From assembly GCA_035402765.1 (NCBI GenBank), contig DAONDX010000007.1:14281-78280 (forward strand): a stretch of 64,000 nt of DNA, given 5' to 3'. The stretch is from Candidatus Omnitrophota bacterium. Its GTDB lineage: Bacteria; Omnitrophota; Gorgyraeia; Gygaellales; Profunditerraquicolaceae. A program made the position numbers and the translations under genes. How positions within the stretch are numbered: position 1 is the stretch's first letter; the number at the start of each line of letters is the position of its first letter. The notes under the pieces were generated by a model. That model worked only from the letters and a program-made list of their open reading frames with translations. It was not told where the DNA came from and searched no databases. Below are positions 11,101 through 19,940 of the stretch, one piece after another.

Positions 11101-11469
11101 ATGCTTCAACTACGCAGTATTTTTGATGTGGCAGATAACACCGGGGCACGCCGTGCTTCCCTGATTTGTGTTTTAAAAAAGATGGGTAGTTTTAATGCCG
11201 ATATCGGTGATATTATTAAAGTGAATATTAAAGAATCTATCCCGGGGGCTACGGTGAAAAAAGGCGAGAAGGCCCGGGCAGTGATTGTGCGTACAAGGCA
11301 TGATATCAGAAGAGCTGATGGATCGATCTTGCGTTTTGACCGCAATGCTATCGTAATTATCGACGATAAAGATAATCCGCGCGGTACCCGGGTATTCGGA
11401 CCGGTAGCCCGCGAATTAAGAGATAAGAATTTTAATAAAATAATTTCATTAGCACCCGAGGTAATTTAA
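11101..11469 (+). CDS. rplN: 50S ribosomal protein L14
   Basis: [17 protein letters not shown] is the L14 N-terminus, 122 aa. Confidence 0.96.
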   Translation: MLQLRSIFDVADNTGARRASLICVLKKMGSFNADIGDIIKVNIKESIPGATVKKGEKARAVIVRTRHDIRRADGSILRFDRNAIVIIDDKDNPRGTRVFGPVARELRDKNFNKIISLAPEVI

Positions 11470-11780
11470 TGCAAAAAATAAAGAAGAATGACATTGTTCA
11501 AATAACCAAAGGGAAAGATAAAGGCAAACAGGGCAAGGTAATCAGTATTATTGAAGACGGTGCGCGTGCCATAGTGGAAGGTTTGAATTTATCCAAAAAG
11601 CACAAACGCCAGAGCCGCCAGGATCAGAAGGGCGGGATAATCTCAATCGAAATGCCGATTTCAATTTCAAATCTTATGATTTTCTGTAAGCATTGTTCTA
11701 AACCGGCCCGGGTTGGTTCAATGGTTTTAAAAGACGGGACCAAAACCAGATTTTGCAAAGCTTGCAAAGAAGCATTATAA
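11469..11780 (+). CDS. rplX: 50S ribosomal protein L24, variant with a Cys4 (CxxC...CxxC) motif in the C-terminal region
   Basis: N-terminal KOW region (IKKNDIVQITKGKDKGKQGKV). The C-terminal part reads FCKHCSKPARVGSMVLKDGTKTRFCKACKE, aligning with [29 protein letters not shown] of E. coli L24. Confidence 0.93.
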   Translation: MQKIKKNDIVQITKGKDKGKQGKVISIIEDGARAIVEGLNLSKKHKRQSRQDQKGGIISIEMPISISNLMIFCKHCSKPARVGSMVLKDGTKTRFCKACKEAL

Positions 11781-11838
11781 ATAAAGTTAAGGCTGAAGTT
11801 GAGTAGTTTAAAATTAACAATATAAAAATAGGATAAAA

Positions 11839-12396
11839 ATGGTACCTAGACTATTAGAAAAATATCGCAATGAAATTGTTCCCAAGCTGATGAGTGATTT
11901 TAAGCTGAAGAATAAAATGGCTGTGCCGGTTATTGATAAAGTTGTAGTGAATATGGGTATCGGCGAAGGAACTCAGGATATCAAAGTGCTGGAAAAGTCG
12001 GTTGAAGAATTAGGCAATATTACCGGGCAGAAACCGCTTATCCGGCGGGCCAAAAAAGCGATTGCTAATTTTAAAGTCAGGCAAGGGCAGGCTGTGGGGG
12101 CTAAGGTTACTTTAAGAAGAGCGATGATGTATGAGTTTGTCGATCGTTTACTGAATATCGCTTTGCCCCGGATCCGTGATTTCCGCGGGGTGCCCAGGGA
12201 TTCTTTCGATAAAGGTAATAATTATACTTTAGGCTTAAGCGAGCAGATCATTTTCCCGGAGATCGAATATGATAAAATTACCCGCACGCAGGGTATGGAT
12301 ATTACTTTTGTTATTAAAAATGCCAAGAATACTGATCAGGCAAGGGCTTTGCTGAAATATTTTGGCATGCCTTTTAAAGAGAAGGAAGATAAATAA
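11839..12396 (+). CDS. rplE: 50S ribosomal protein L5
   Basis: 185 aa in the L5 position of the spc operon; NPMLVPRIEKV-like region. Confidence 0.94.
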   Translation: MVPRLLEKYRNEIVPKLMSDFKLKNKMAVPVIDKVVVNMGIGEGTQDIKVLEKSVEELGNITGQKPLIRRAKKAIANFKVRQGQAVGAKVTLRRAMMYEFVDRLLNIALPRIRDFRGVPRDSFDKGNNYTLGLSEQIIFPEIEYDKITRTQGMDITFVIKNAKNTDQARALLKYFGMPFKEKEDK

Positions 12397-12399
12397 AAA

Positions 12400-12585
12400 A
12401 TGGCAAAGAATTCGCAAATTGCAAGATGGAAAAGGCCGGCAAAGTTTTCTACCCGTAAATATAATCGTTGTTCGATTTGCGGCAGAAGCGGCGGCTATTT
12501 GAGAAGATTTCAACTCTGCCGTATTTGTTTCAGAGAGTTGGTTTGGCAAGGATTAATTCCGGGTATTAAGAAGGCCAGCTGGTAG
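12400..12585 (+). CDS. rpsZ: 30S ribosomal protein S14 type Z (zinc-binding)
   Basis: 61 aa with [10 protein letters not shown]...CRICFREL, the C+ short S14 form. Confidence 0.95.
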   Translation: MAKNSQIARWKRPAKFSTRKYNRCSICGRSGGYLRRFQLCRICFRELVWQGLIPGIKKASW

Positions 12586-12658
12586 GAGGTTTGCCTGCCG
12601 CAGGCGGTATTTAGTAAGTCGAAATTAGCGAAGTGAAATATAACCATTTGGGGGTTAA

Positions 12659-13054
12659 ATGTCTAGAACAGATTTAATTGCTGACGTTTTTACGATTATC
12701 CGTAATGCCATTTTGATTAAGAGGGATACCGTGGATCTGCCGGCTTCCGGCAACATAAAATCAATTATGGCTATTCTTAAAAAGAATGAATATATCGATA
12801 ATTTTAAATTAATTGAAGATAAAAAACAAGGAATTGTCAGAGTTTATTTAAAATATATTGCCGGTAAGTCTGCGATCCGTAATATCAAACGGATCTCTAA
12901 GCCGGGTTTAAGGGTTTATGTCAAAGGTAAAAAGGTCCCCAAGGTTTTACGCGGCCGGGGGCTGGCGATTGTTTCTACTTCTAAAGGTGTGATGACTGAT
13001 ACGGAAGCCAGAGAGTTAGGGATAGGCGGCGAAATTATCGGTTATATTTGGTAA
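12659..13054 (+). CDS. rpsH: 30S ribosomal protein S8
   Basis: 131 aa; DLIADVFTIIRNA...GGEIIGYIW C-terminus. Confidence 0.95.
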   Translation: MSRTDLIADVFTIIRNAILIKRDTVDLPASGNIKSIMAILKKNEYIDNFKLIEDKKQGIVRVYLKYIAGKSAIRNIKRISKPGLRVYVKGKKVPKVLRGRGLAIVSTSKGVMTDTEARELGIGGEIIGYIW

Positions 13055-13095
13055 AAATCCGTACCAGTTACTGGTATCGGGGTAAAGGAAAATAA

Positions 13096-13641
13096 ATGTC
13101 TAGGATTGGAAAAAAATTAGTAGTTATACCCAAGGATGTAAAAGTTGAAGTTAAAGACGGGGTTGTTTACGTGGAGGGCCCTAAAGGTAAACTTAGCCGT
13201 AAATTATCCGATCGGATCAGTGTGGAAATCAAAGACGGACAGCTTTCGGTCAAAAGGGTAGCCGATACCAAGATGGACAGATCTTTGCACGGGTTATTCC
13301 GGGCCTTGATCGTGAATATGATTGTGGGAGTAACTCAAGGGTATCTTAAAGAGCTGGAAATCCAGGGTGTAGGTTTTAAAGCCGTGGTAACCGGGGATAA
13401 ATTGAATCTGGCTTTAGGGTTCTCGCATCCGATAAATTATATAATTCCGGCCGGAATTAAAATTGAAACTCCTAAACCGACGCAACTGGTAATTAGAGGT
13501 ATAGATAAAGAATTGATCGGTGAAGTGGCGACTGAGATTCGCGCATTTTATCCTCCTGAGCCTTATAAGGGCAAAGGGATTCGTTTTGTAGGAGAGCACG
13601 TTAAAAAGAAAGTGGGAAAGGCGCAGGCAACCGGTAAATAG
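13096..13641 (+). CDS. rplF: 50S ribosomal protein L6
   Basis: MSRIGKKLVVIPKDVKV, 181 aa. Confidence 0.95.
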   Translation: MSRIGKKLVVIPKDVKVEVKDGVVYVEGPKGKLSRKLSDRISVEIKDGQLSVKRVADTKMDRSLHGLFRALIVNMIVGVTQGYLKELEIQGVGFKAVVTGDKLNLALGFSHPINYIIPAGIKIETPKPTQLVIRGIDKELIGEVATEIRAFYPPEPYKGKGIRFVGEHVKKKVGKAQATGK

Positions 13642-13712
13642 ATCCCCTTGGGGGATTAATTCGCGCATTAACTTACTTACATTTTAAGTTTGTAAGTTAA
13701 GCGCTCATAAAA

Positions 13713-14072
13713 ATGAGAAAAAAAGAAGAGTTAAGACTTAAGAGACATAATCGGATTAAAATGCGGATGACGGGTACTAAAGAGAAGCCGCGTTTGGTTG
13801 TCCACCGTTCCTTAAAGAATATTTCAGCGCAGGTAATGGATGATACCGTGGGCAAGGTTTTATTTTCTCTTTCAACTAATGATAAGGCAACCAGGCAAAA
13901 ATTCAGCAGTGCGGGAAATCTTAAATCCGCTACGCTCTTTGGAGAATTGTTTGCTCAAGTTGCTAAGGAAAAAGGGGTAAATAAGGTAATTTTTGATCGA
14001 GCGGGATACCTTTATCACGGCAGGATTAAATCTTTTGCCGAGGCATTAAGAAAAGGTGGAATGGAGTTTTAA
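13713..14072 (+). CDS. rplR: 50S ribosomal protein L18
   Basis: 119 aa in the L18 position with the [25 protein letters not shown]-terminus. Confidence 0.93.
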   Translation: MRKKEELRLKRHNRIKMRMTGTKEKPRLVVHRSLKNISAQVMDDTVGKVLFSLSTNDKATRQKFSSAGNLKSATLFGELFAQVAKEKGVNKVIFDRAGYLYHGRIKSFAEALRKGGMEF

Positions 14073-14075
14073 AAT

Positions 14076-14528
14076 ATGCGTGAATTAAACATAGGACAGC
14101 AATCGGATTTAATCGAAAAAGTTATCAGTATAAACCGCGTTACCAAAGTAACTAAAGGCGGTAAAAAATTGCATTTTAGCGCGCTCGTTGTGGTCGGCGA
14201 TACTAAAGGCAGGGTAGGTTTTGCCCTGGATAAAGCTAATGAAGTTGCCGAAGCTATACGCAAGTCTCTAACTAAAGCTAAGAAAAGCCTGTTTAAGGTT
14301 CCTCTGGAAGGGTCTACTATTCCTCATGAAGTAGTCGGAAAATTCGGAGCCGCATCAGTAATGTTAAAACCGGCATCAGAAGGAACAGGTGTTATTGCGG
14401 CAGGTCCGGTGCGCGCAATCTGTGAAGCTGCCGGGATCAAAGATATTCTCACGAAGTGTTTAAAATCAAATAATCCGATTAATGTTATTAAAGCTACGAT
14501 GCAAGGTTTAAAGGACCTGAAGGCCTAA
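14076..14528 (+). CDS. rpsE: 30S ribosomal protein S5
   Basis: 150 aa; [21 protein letters not shown] is S5-like. Confidence 0.95.
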   Translation: MRELNIGQQSDLIEKVISINRVTKVTKGGKKLHFSALVVVGDTKGRVGFALDKANEVAEAIRKSLTKAKKSLFKVPLEGSTIPHEVVGKFGAASVMLKPASEGTGVIAAGPVRAICEAAGIKDILTKCLKSNNPINVIKATMQGLKDLKA

Positions 14529-14534
14529 AATAAA

Positions 14535-15089
14535 ATGAAAGAAAAAAAATCTAGCGTAAAGACAACCGTTAAAAAATCAGCAGTTAAGCCTCACCTAAAA
14601 ACGGCAGCTGTGAAAAAAGAACAAGAAGTAAAATCGGTTAAGCTGGTTGATTTATCTAACCTTAAACGTCCGTTTGGTTCGCACAAAAAGAGAAAATATC
14701 TTGGGCGGGGTTCCAGTTCCGGTCACGGAAAGACTTCTACCCGGGGCAGCAAAGGGCAGACCTCCCGGGCTGGCAGGCATTTTTACTTAGGGTTTGAAGG
14801 AGGACAATCTCCCCTTATCCGTAAAATGCCTAAACGCGGTTTTGTGAGTAATTATAAGAAAGTTTATCAAATTGTTAATCTTGAATCTTTAAATTCTATT
14901 AAAGAAACTACAATTACGCCCCTTATTTTAAAAGCAAATGGTTTAATCCGTAATGAGTCGGCCTTAATTAAAATATTAGGAAAAGGCTCTATTAAAAATG
15001 CGGTGACGGTCCAGGCGCATGTTTTTTCTAAGCGAGCGTCTGTTGAGATTGTCAATGCCGGTGGAAAAGCAGAAATAATCAATGTTTAA
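14535..15089 (+). CDS. rplO: 50S ribosomal protein L15 with a ~35-aa Lys-rich N-terminal extension (no L30 gene between rpsE and rplO)
   Basis: 184 aa. The core RGSSSGHGKTSTRGSKGQ..GFEGGQSPLIRKMPKRGF matches L15 but starts ~35 residues in. The rpsE stop lies only 6 nt upstream. Confidence 0.9.
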   Translation: MKEKKSSVKTTVKKSAVKPHLKTAAVKKEQEVKSVKLVDLSNLKRPFGSHKKRKYLGRGSSSGHGKTSTRGSKGQTSRAGRHFYLGFEGGQSPLIRKMPKRGFVSNYKKVYQIVNLESLNSIKETTITPLILKANGLIRNESALIKILGKGSIKNAVTVQAHVFSKRASVEIVNAGGKAEIINV

Positions 15090-16428
15090 TGCACTGGTCA
15101 ATGCTTTTAAGATTCCAGATTTAAAAAGACGATTAATCATTACCGGTGCCCTGATTGCGGTTTACCGTATAGGTTGTTATATTCCTACTCCCGGGATTGA
15201 CGGGTCAGCGCTGGCGGATTTCTTTAATCGGATTGCTAAAACTCAAGGCGGTACGCTCTTTGGTATAATTAATATGTTCTCCGGAGGCGCAATGGAACGT
15301 TTAACCATTTTCGCCCTGGGGATTATGCCGTATATCTCATCTTCGATTATTATGCAGTTACTTACCGCGGTGATCCCGGCTTTTGAAAAAATGGCCAAGG
15401 AAGGTAAGTCTGGATATGAGAAGATCAACCAGTTTACGCGCTATGGAACGGTTCTGCTTTCGGTTATCCAGTCATACTTTATTGCTCTCTGGCTGGAAAA
15501 TCCGGCCCGTTTTGAAGGATTGCAGATTGTTATGCATCCGGGTTGGGGATTCCGGATTTTAACGGTGCTTACGCTGACTACCGGAACGATTTTTATCATG
15601 TGGCTGGGTGAACAGATCCAGGAGCGCGGGATCGGCAACGGTATTTCTTTAATCATTACCGCCGGTATTATTTCGCGTATTCCCACAGCGATCAATCAGC
15701 TTTTTGTTTTGATTTCTCCGCTGGATGCCAGCCGCCGGCAGATCCAGCCGGTTACTTTATTAATTATGGCGGTTTTGCTGGGGGTGGTGGTTTTTTCGGT
15801 AATTTTAATTACTCAGGGTTTGAGAAAGATCCCCGTGCAATATGCCCGGCGGATTGTAGGCCGTAAAATTTATGGCGGCCAAAGTACTTATATCCCGCTT
15901 AAAGTAGATACTTCCGGAGTAATCGCGATTATCTTCGCGCAGTCGATTATTTTATTTCCGGCGACTCTGGCTTCTTTTATCCCTAATCCGGGTTTTCAGC
16001 GTTTTGCGCAGAGTCTGATCCGGGGACAGGTTTTATATTCGGTAGTTTATGCTCTTTTGATAATTTTCTTTTGTTATTTTTATACCGCGATCGTTTTTAA
16101 TCCTAACGATCTGGCCGAAAATATGAAAAAGTACGGCGGGTTTATACCCGGGATCCGGCCGGGGGCACCTACAGCGGAATTTCTAGACTTTGTGATGACC
16201 AGGATTACTCTAGCCGGGTCAAGTTTTATTGCCGTGATTGCGATCTTTCCGGATTTTATTATGGCTTGGCTAAAGGTTCCATATCTAGTGGCTTCCTTTT
16301 TTGGAGGCACCGGGGTTTTGATTATTGTGGGCGTGATGCTGGATACTTTAAAACAGATCGAGTCCCATTTATTGACGCATCACTACGAAGGTTTTATCAA
16401 GAGCGGGCAAATCAGAGGGAGAAGATAA
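15082..16428 (+). CDS. secY: protein translocase subunit SecY
   Basis: 448 aa, 10-TM polytopic protein at the conserved position after rplO. Confidence 0.95.
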   Translation: MFNALVNAFKIPDLKRRLIITGALIAVYRIGCYIPTPGIDGSALADFFNRIAKTQGGTLFGIINMFSGGAMERLTIFALGIMPYISSSIIMQLLTAVIPAFEKMAKEGKSGYEKINQFTRYGTVLLSVIQSYFIALWLENPARFEGLQIVMHPGWGFRILTVLTLTTGTIFIMWLGEQIQERGIGNGISLIITAGIISRIPTAINQLFVLISPLDASRRQIQPVTLLIMAVLLGVVVFSVILITQGLRKIPVQYARRIVGRKIYGGQSTYIPLKVDTSGVIAIIFAQSIILFPATLASFIPNPGFQRFAQSLIRGQVLYSVVYALLIIFFCYFYTAIVFNPNDLAENMKKYGGFIPGIRPGAPTAEFLDFVMTRITLAGSSFIAVIAIFPDFIMAWLKVPYLVASFFGGTGVLIIVGVMLDTLKQIESHLLTHHYEGFIKSGQIRGRR

Positions 16429-17078
16429 TGTATTTAGTGCTATTAGGTCCTCCGGGAGCAGGCAAAGGTACTCAGGCTAAAAGATTGGCTGAAAAGCTGG
16501 GTCTGCCGCATATTTCCACCGGGGATATTTTAAGACAGAACGTTAAAGATGATACCTCGCTAGGTAGGCAGGCCAAAGACATTATGGAAAAAGGATTATT
16601 GGTGCCGGATGATTTGGTCGCCAAAATGCTGGATGAACGTTTTAATAACCCGGATATAAAAAAAGGTTTTATTTTAGACGGTTATCCCAGGACTTTACCT
16701 CAAGCGTTTTCTTTGGATGAGATTTTAACCGTTAAAGGTTTAGCCGTGGATTTGGTAGTTTATTTGGATAGCAGCGACCAAGTAATTATTAAGCGGCTTA
16801 CGGGGAGATTAGTTTGTTCCAAATGCGGAGCCAATTTTCATGTTACAAATATGCCTCCCAAAGTCAAGGGCATCTGTGATAGCTGCCAAGGAACATTGTA
16901 TCAACGTTCTGATGATAATGAAATAACGGTGCGTAAGCGCCTGGAAGTTTATAAACAGCAAGTCGCTTCTTTGATAGAGTATTACAAAAAAGCCGGGAAA
17001 CTTTATAGTCTAAACGCGGATTTAGGTGCGGAAGTGGTTTTGAAACAGATTATTGAGTTAAGCGGCAAAATTAAATGA
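16428..17078 (+). CDS. adk: adenylate kinase (Zn-lid form)
   Basis: MYLVLLGPPGAGKGTQA P-loop and a CSKCGANFH...CDSCQ zinc lid. The start overlaps the secY stop (TAATG). The ORF-track 5' extension into secY is spurious. Confidence 0.95.
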   Translation: MYLVLLGPPGAGKGTQAKRLAEKLGLPHISTGDILRQNVKDDTSLGRQAKDIMEKGLLVPDDLVAKMLDERFNNPDIKKGFILDGYPRTLPQAFSLDEILTVKGLAVDLVVYLDSSDQVIIKRLTGRLVCSKCGANFHVTNMPPKVKGICDSCQGTLYQRSDDNEITVRKRLEVYKQQVASLIEYYKKAGKLYSLNADLGAEVVLKQIIELSGKIK

Positions 17079-17821
17079 TTTTTCTCAAGTCCCCAAAAGA
17101 CTTGATTATGCTTAAGCGTTCGGGAGCGATTCTGGCATCTGTGATGCAGAAACTACAGGTTCTTCTGCATCCGGGGATGACCACTTTGGAGCTGGATCTT
17201 TTGAGCGAAGAATTGATTCGCAAAGAAAAAGTTCTGCCGGCTTTTAAAGGGTATAACGGTTTCCCGGGAACAGCTTGTATTTCCGTAAACGAAGAAATTG
17301 TCCATGGGATTCCGGGATCCAGAGTGATTTCGGATGGAGATATCGTAAGTATAGATTTAGGGGTAAATTACGAAGGTTTTTTCTCGGACATGGCAGTGAC
17401 CTTACCGGTGGGTAAGGTAGGTGACGATAAGTTAAAGTTAATCGCGGCCACGAAAGAGTCTTTAAACCTCGGGATCAAGCAGGCGCAAGCCGGGAATCAT
17501 CTAACTGATATTTCTCATAGTATCCAGAGTTTTGTTGAGGCGCAGGGTTTTTCGGTGGTACGCCAGTTTGTCGGGCATGGGATCGGACGCGCCTTGCATG
17601 AAGAACCGGAGATCCCTAATTATGGACGCCCGGGTTTTGGTCCGCTTTTAAAAAACGGAATGGTTTTAGCGATCGAACCAATGGTCAATCTTGGCGGTTG
17701 GGAATGTTTGGTTACCGGAAATGGCTGGACCGCCGTAACCAAGGATGGGTCAGTTTCAGCGCATTTTGAGCATACGGTAGCGATTACGGATAACGGCCCG
17801 GTAGTCTTGACAAAGTTATAA
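17075..17821 (+). CDS. map: methionine aminopeptidase type I
   Basis: 248 aa with metal-binding D/H/E motifs. ATGA overlap with adk. Confidence 0.92.
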   Translation: MIFLKSPKDLIMLKRSGAILASVMQKLQVLLHPGMTTLELDLLSEELIRKEKVLPAFKGYNGFPGTACISVNEEIVHGIPGSRVISDGDIVSIDLGVNYEGFFSDMAVTLPVGKVGDDKLKLIAATKESLNLGIKQAQAGNHLTDISHSIQSFVEAQGFSVVRQFVGHGIGRALHEEPEIPNYGRPGFGPLLKNGMVLAIEPMVNLGGWECLVTGNGWTAVTKDGSVSAHFEHTVAITDNGPVVLTKL

Positions 17822-17876
17822 GAGAATTGTTCTTTTACTATAGTTTTATAGCAGAGTATTTATTAACGGAGTTTCC

Positions 17877-17995
17877 GCCTCAGTAACACGTAAAAATTCT
17901 CTGGAATTTTTACGATTCGGCGGAATAAATTCGCAGACGGCCTGGCGGCCTACGACTTATGTCGCTGTCGCTTCCGTAAGTTGTCTGCTCATTTA
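17877..17995 (+). repeat. repeat family B copy 1: ~120-nt structured leader directly 5' of infA
   Basis: Near-identical to 42755..42887. Hairpin ACGTAAAAATTC/GAATTTTTACG(T), GGCC-tggc-GGCC, and a long-range GCAGACG/TGTCTGC stem ending ...CTGCTCATTTA immediately before the ATG. Confidence 0.65.
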
Positions 17996-18214
17996 ATGCC
18001 AAAAGAAGATTTAATCGAAACAGAAGGAAAAATTATTGAAGCTTTACCGAACGCGATGTTTAAGGTTGAGCTTGAAAACGGGCATGTGGTGTTGGCGCAT
18101 GTTTCAGGAAAAATGCGCATGAATTTTATTAGAATAATTCCGGGTGACAAAGTTAAACTAGAACTTTCTCCTTATGATCTTTCCCGGGGGAGAATTACTT
18201 TTCGGGTGAGATAA
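17996..18214 (+). CDS. infA: translation initiation factor IF-1
   Basis: [30 protein letters not shown]..., S1-like. The ATG at 17996 is preferred over the TTG at 17981. Confidence 0.93.
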   Translation: MPKEDLIETEGKIIEALPNAMFKVELENGHVVLAHVSGKMRMNFIRIIPGDKVKLELSPYDLSRGRITFRVR

Positions 18215-18328
18215 ATGAAAGTTAAAGCTTCAATTCGTAAAATTTGCGACAAGTGTAAAATAATCAAGAGAAGAGGAGTGGTGCGGGTAATTTGCGTTAC
18301 CACTAAACATAAACAGAGACAAGGATAA
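18215..18328 (+). CDS. rpmJ: 50S ribosomal protein L36 (zinc-ribbon form)
   Basis: Not in the ORF track (37 aa): [37 protein letters not shown], starting 1 nt after the infA stop. Confidence 0.9.
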   Translation: MKVKASIRKICDKCKIIKRRGVVRVICVTTKHKQRQG

Positions 18329-18434
18329 ATAACGCCCCGCGCTAAATTGTTTGGCGCGAAGGTTATATTGATGACAAGACACCCAGCGTTAAATATAATT
18401 GCGTTGGTGTTGTCCTCGCGGACAAGGAGTAGAC
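18329..18434 (+). repeat. repeat family A copy 2: structured 5' leader element upstream of rpsM
   Basis: GACAAG-ACACCCAGCG-loop-AATTGCGTTGGTGTTGT-..-GACAAGGAG. Same stem as copy 1 with an A->G change read as A-U to G.U, and a different loop. Confidence 0.6.
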
Positions 18435-18848
18435 ATGCCAAGGATTATCGGTATTGATATACCTAAAGAAAAAAGAATTGAAATAGCTTTGACTTATTTG
18501 TATGGGATAGGGAGAGCCCAATCCAATATCGTATTAAAAGAAGCCGGCATCAGTCCGTCTAAACGGGCTAAGGATTTAAGCGAAGAAGAAGTTTCGCGGA
18601 TCACGCAGATCTTGCAAAAAGAAGGATCTTTGAGGATTGAAGGCGATCTGCGGCGTGATATTTCTCAGAATATCAAGCGTCTTATGGATATTGGTTCTTG
18701 GAGAGGAATGCGCCATAAAAAAGGGCTGCCGGTGAGAGGGCAGCGTACGCGGACAAATGCGCGTACCAGAAAAGGAAAGAAAAGATCAACTCAGGCCCCG
18801 GTGATTAAAAAAGCTGAAGCGCCAAAGGCTAAGGCTCCAGCTAAATAA
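18435..18848 (+). CDS. rpsM: 30S ribosomal protein S13
   Basis: [26 protein letters not shown]. The start at the ATG at 18435 has a GGAG SD. The ORF-track upstream extension is spurious. Confidence 0.95.
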   Translation: MPRIIGIDIPKEKRIEIALTYLYGIGRAQSNIVLKEAGISPSKRAKDLSEEEVSRITQILQKEGSLRIEGDLRRDISQNIKRLMDIGSWRGMRHKKGLPVRGQRTRTNARTRKGKKRSTQAPVIKKAEAPKAKAPAK

Positions 18849-18870
18849 ATAATGAGGAGTAGAAAATAAA

Positions 18871-19260
18871 ATGGCGACAAAAGAAAAAGCAAAAAAGAAA
18901 AAAATAGCGCGCGGGGTAACCAGCGGCATCGCGCATATTCAGGCAAGTTTTAACAATACGATTATCACTATCACTGATAAGCAGGGTAATGTTTTAGCCT
19001 GGAGTGCACCGGGTTCGGTCGGTTATAGCGGTTCTAAAAAATCCACTCCTTTTGCCGCTCAGGTAGCAGCTACGGATGCTGCGCGTAAGGCTAAAGAGGT
19101 GGGAGTTAAAGAATTAGAAGTTTATGTGAAGGGTCCGGGTTTTGGCAGAGAGTCAGCTATCCGGGCGCTTCAGGCAGCAGGACTGGTGGTAACCTTAATT
19201 AAGGATGTAACGCCTATCCCGCACAACGGCTGCCGTCCTAAGAAGAAAAGGAGAGTTTAA
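18871..19260 (+). CDS. rpsK: 30S ribosomal protein S11
   Basis: 129 aa; [18 protein letters not shown]. Confidence 0.95.
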   Translation: MATKEKAKKKKIARGVTSGIAHIQASFNNTIITITDKQGNVLAWSAPGSVGYSGSKKSTPFAAQVAATDAARKAKEVGVKELEVYVKGPGFGRESAIRALQAAGLVVTLIKDVTPIPHNGCRPKKKRRV

Positions 19261-19263
19261 TTT

Positions 19264-19893
19264 ATGGCTCGCTATATTGGTGCAGTTTGCAGGTTATGCC
19301 GTAGACAGGGAGAAAAACTGTTTTTAAAAGGAACTAAATGCCAGACTGAAAAATGTGCCGCGGCTAAAAGAGCTTATCCGCCGGGTCAGCATGGTCAGGG
19401 CCGCAGGCAGAAACTTTCTAACTACGGAACACAGTTGAAAGAAAAACAAAAAGTTAAAAGAATTTACGGAGTATTGGAAAGACAATTCCGTAAATATTTC
19501 GAAGTTGCTTCTAAAACTAAAGGGGTAACCGGTAAGGTGCTTTTACAATTATTGGAGCGCCGCCTGGATAATGTGGTTTTTCGTATGGGGCTGGGTATTT
19601 CAAGAGCACAGGCCCGTCAGATTGTCAGGCATAACTTGATCGCGGTCAATTCCTGCCGAGTCAATATTCCATCGTACTTGGTGGATAAAGATGATGTGGT
19701 TGAGGTAAAAGCTAAAGATAAAGCCAAGATTAAAATCAAGGATAATCTGGAGCTGGCTAAAGAAAGGACCGTTCCTGCTTGGCTTGAATTTAATGCTGCG
19801 GAGATGAAGGGAAAAGTTTTAAGGCTTCCGGAAAAAGGCGATATTCAGCAGCCGATCCAGGAGCAGTTGATCGTCGAGTTGTATTCCAAGTAA
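19264..19893 (+). CDS. rpsD: 30S ribosomal protein S4 (N-terminal Zn-binding Cys cluster)
   Basis: 209 aa; [31 protein letters not shown]. Confidence 0.95.
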   Translation: MARYIGAVCRLCRRQGEKLFLKGTKCQTEKCAAAKRAYPPGQHGQGRRQKLSNYGTQLKEKQKVKRIYGVLERQFRKYFEVASKTKGVTGKVLLQLLERRLDNVVFRMGLGISRAQARQIVRHNLIAVNSCRVNIPSYLVDKDDVVEVKAKDKAKIKIKDNLELAKERTVPAWLEFNAAEMKGKVLRLPEKGDIQQPIQEQLIVELYSK

Positions 19894-19940
19894 TCTAGGA
19901 TCAATTAAGGTATTTAGTTAAATATAATCAGGGGGGTAAA

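Noticed and set aside
16266-16427. ORF-track 5' extension of adk into secY (and similar extensions for rpsM 18399, btuB 34796, gmhA 46795, GT2 32755, aroQ 40520)
   Set aside because: Conserved N-termini and SD positions place the true starts downstream. The extensions overlap upstream genes or regulatory RNA.
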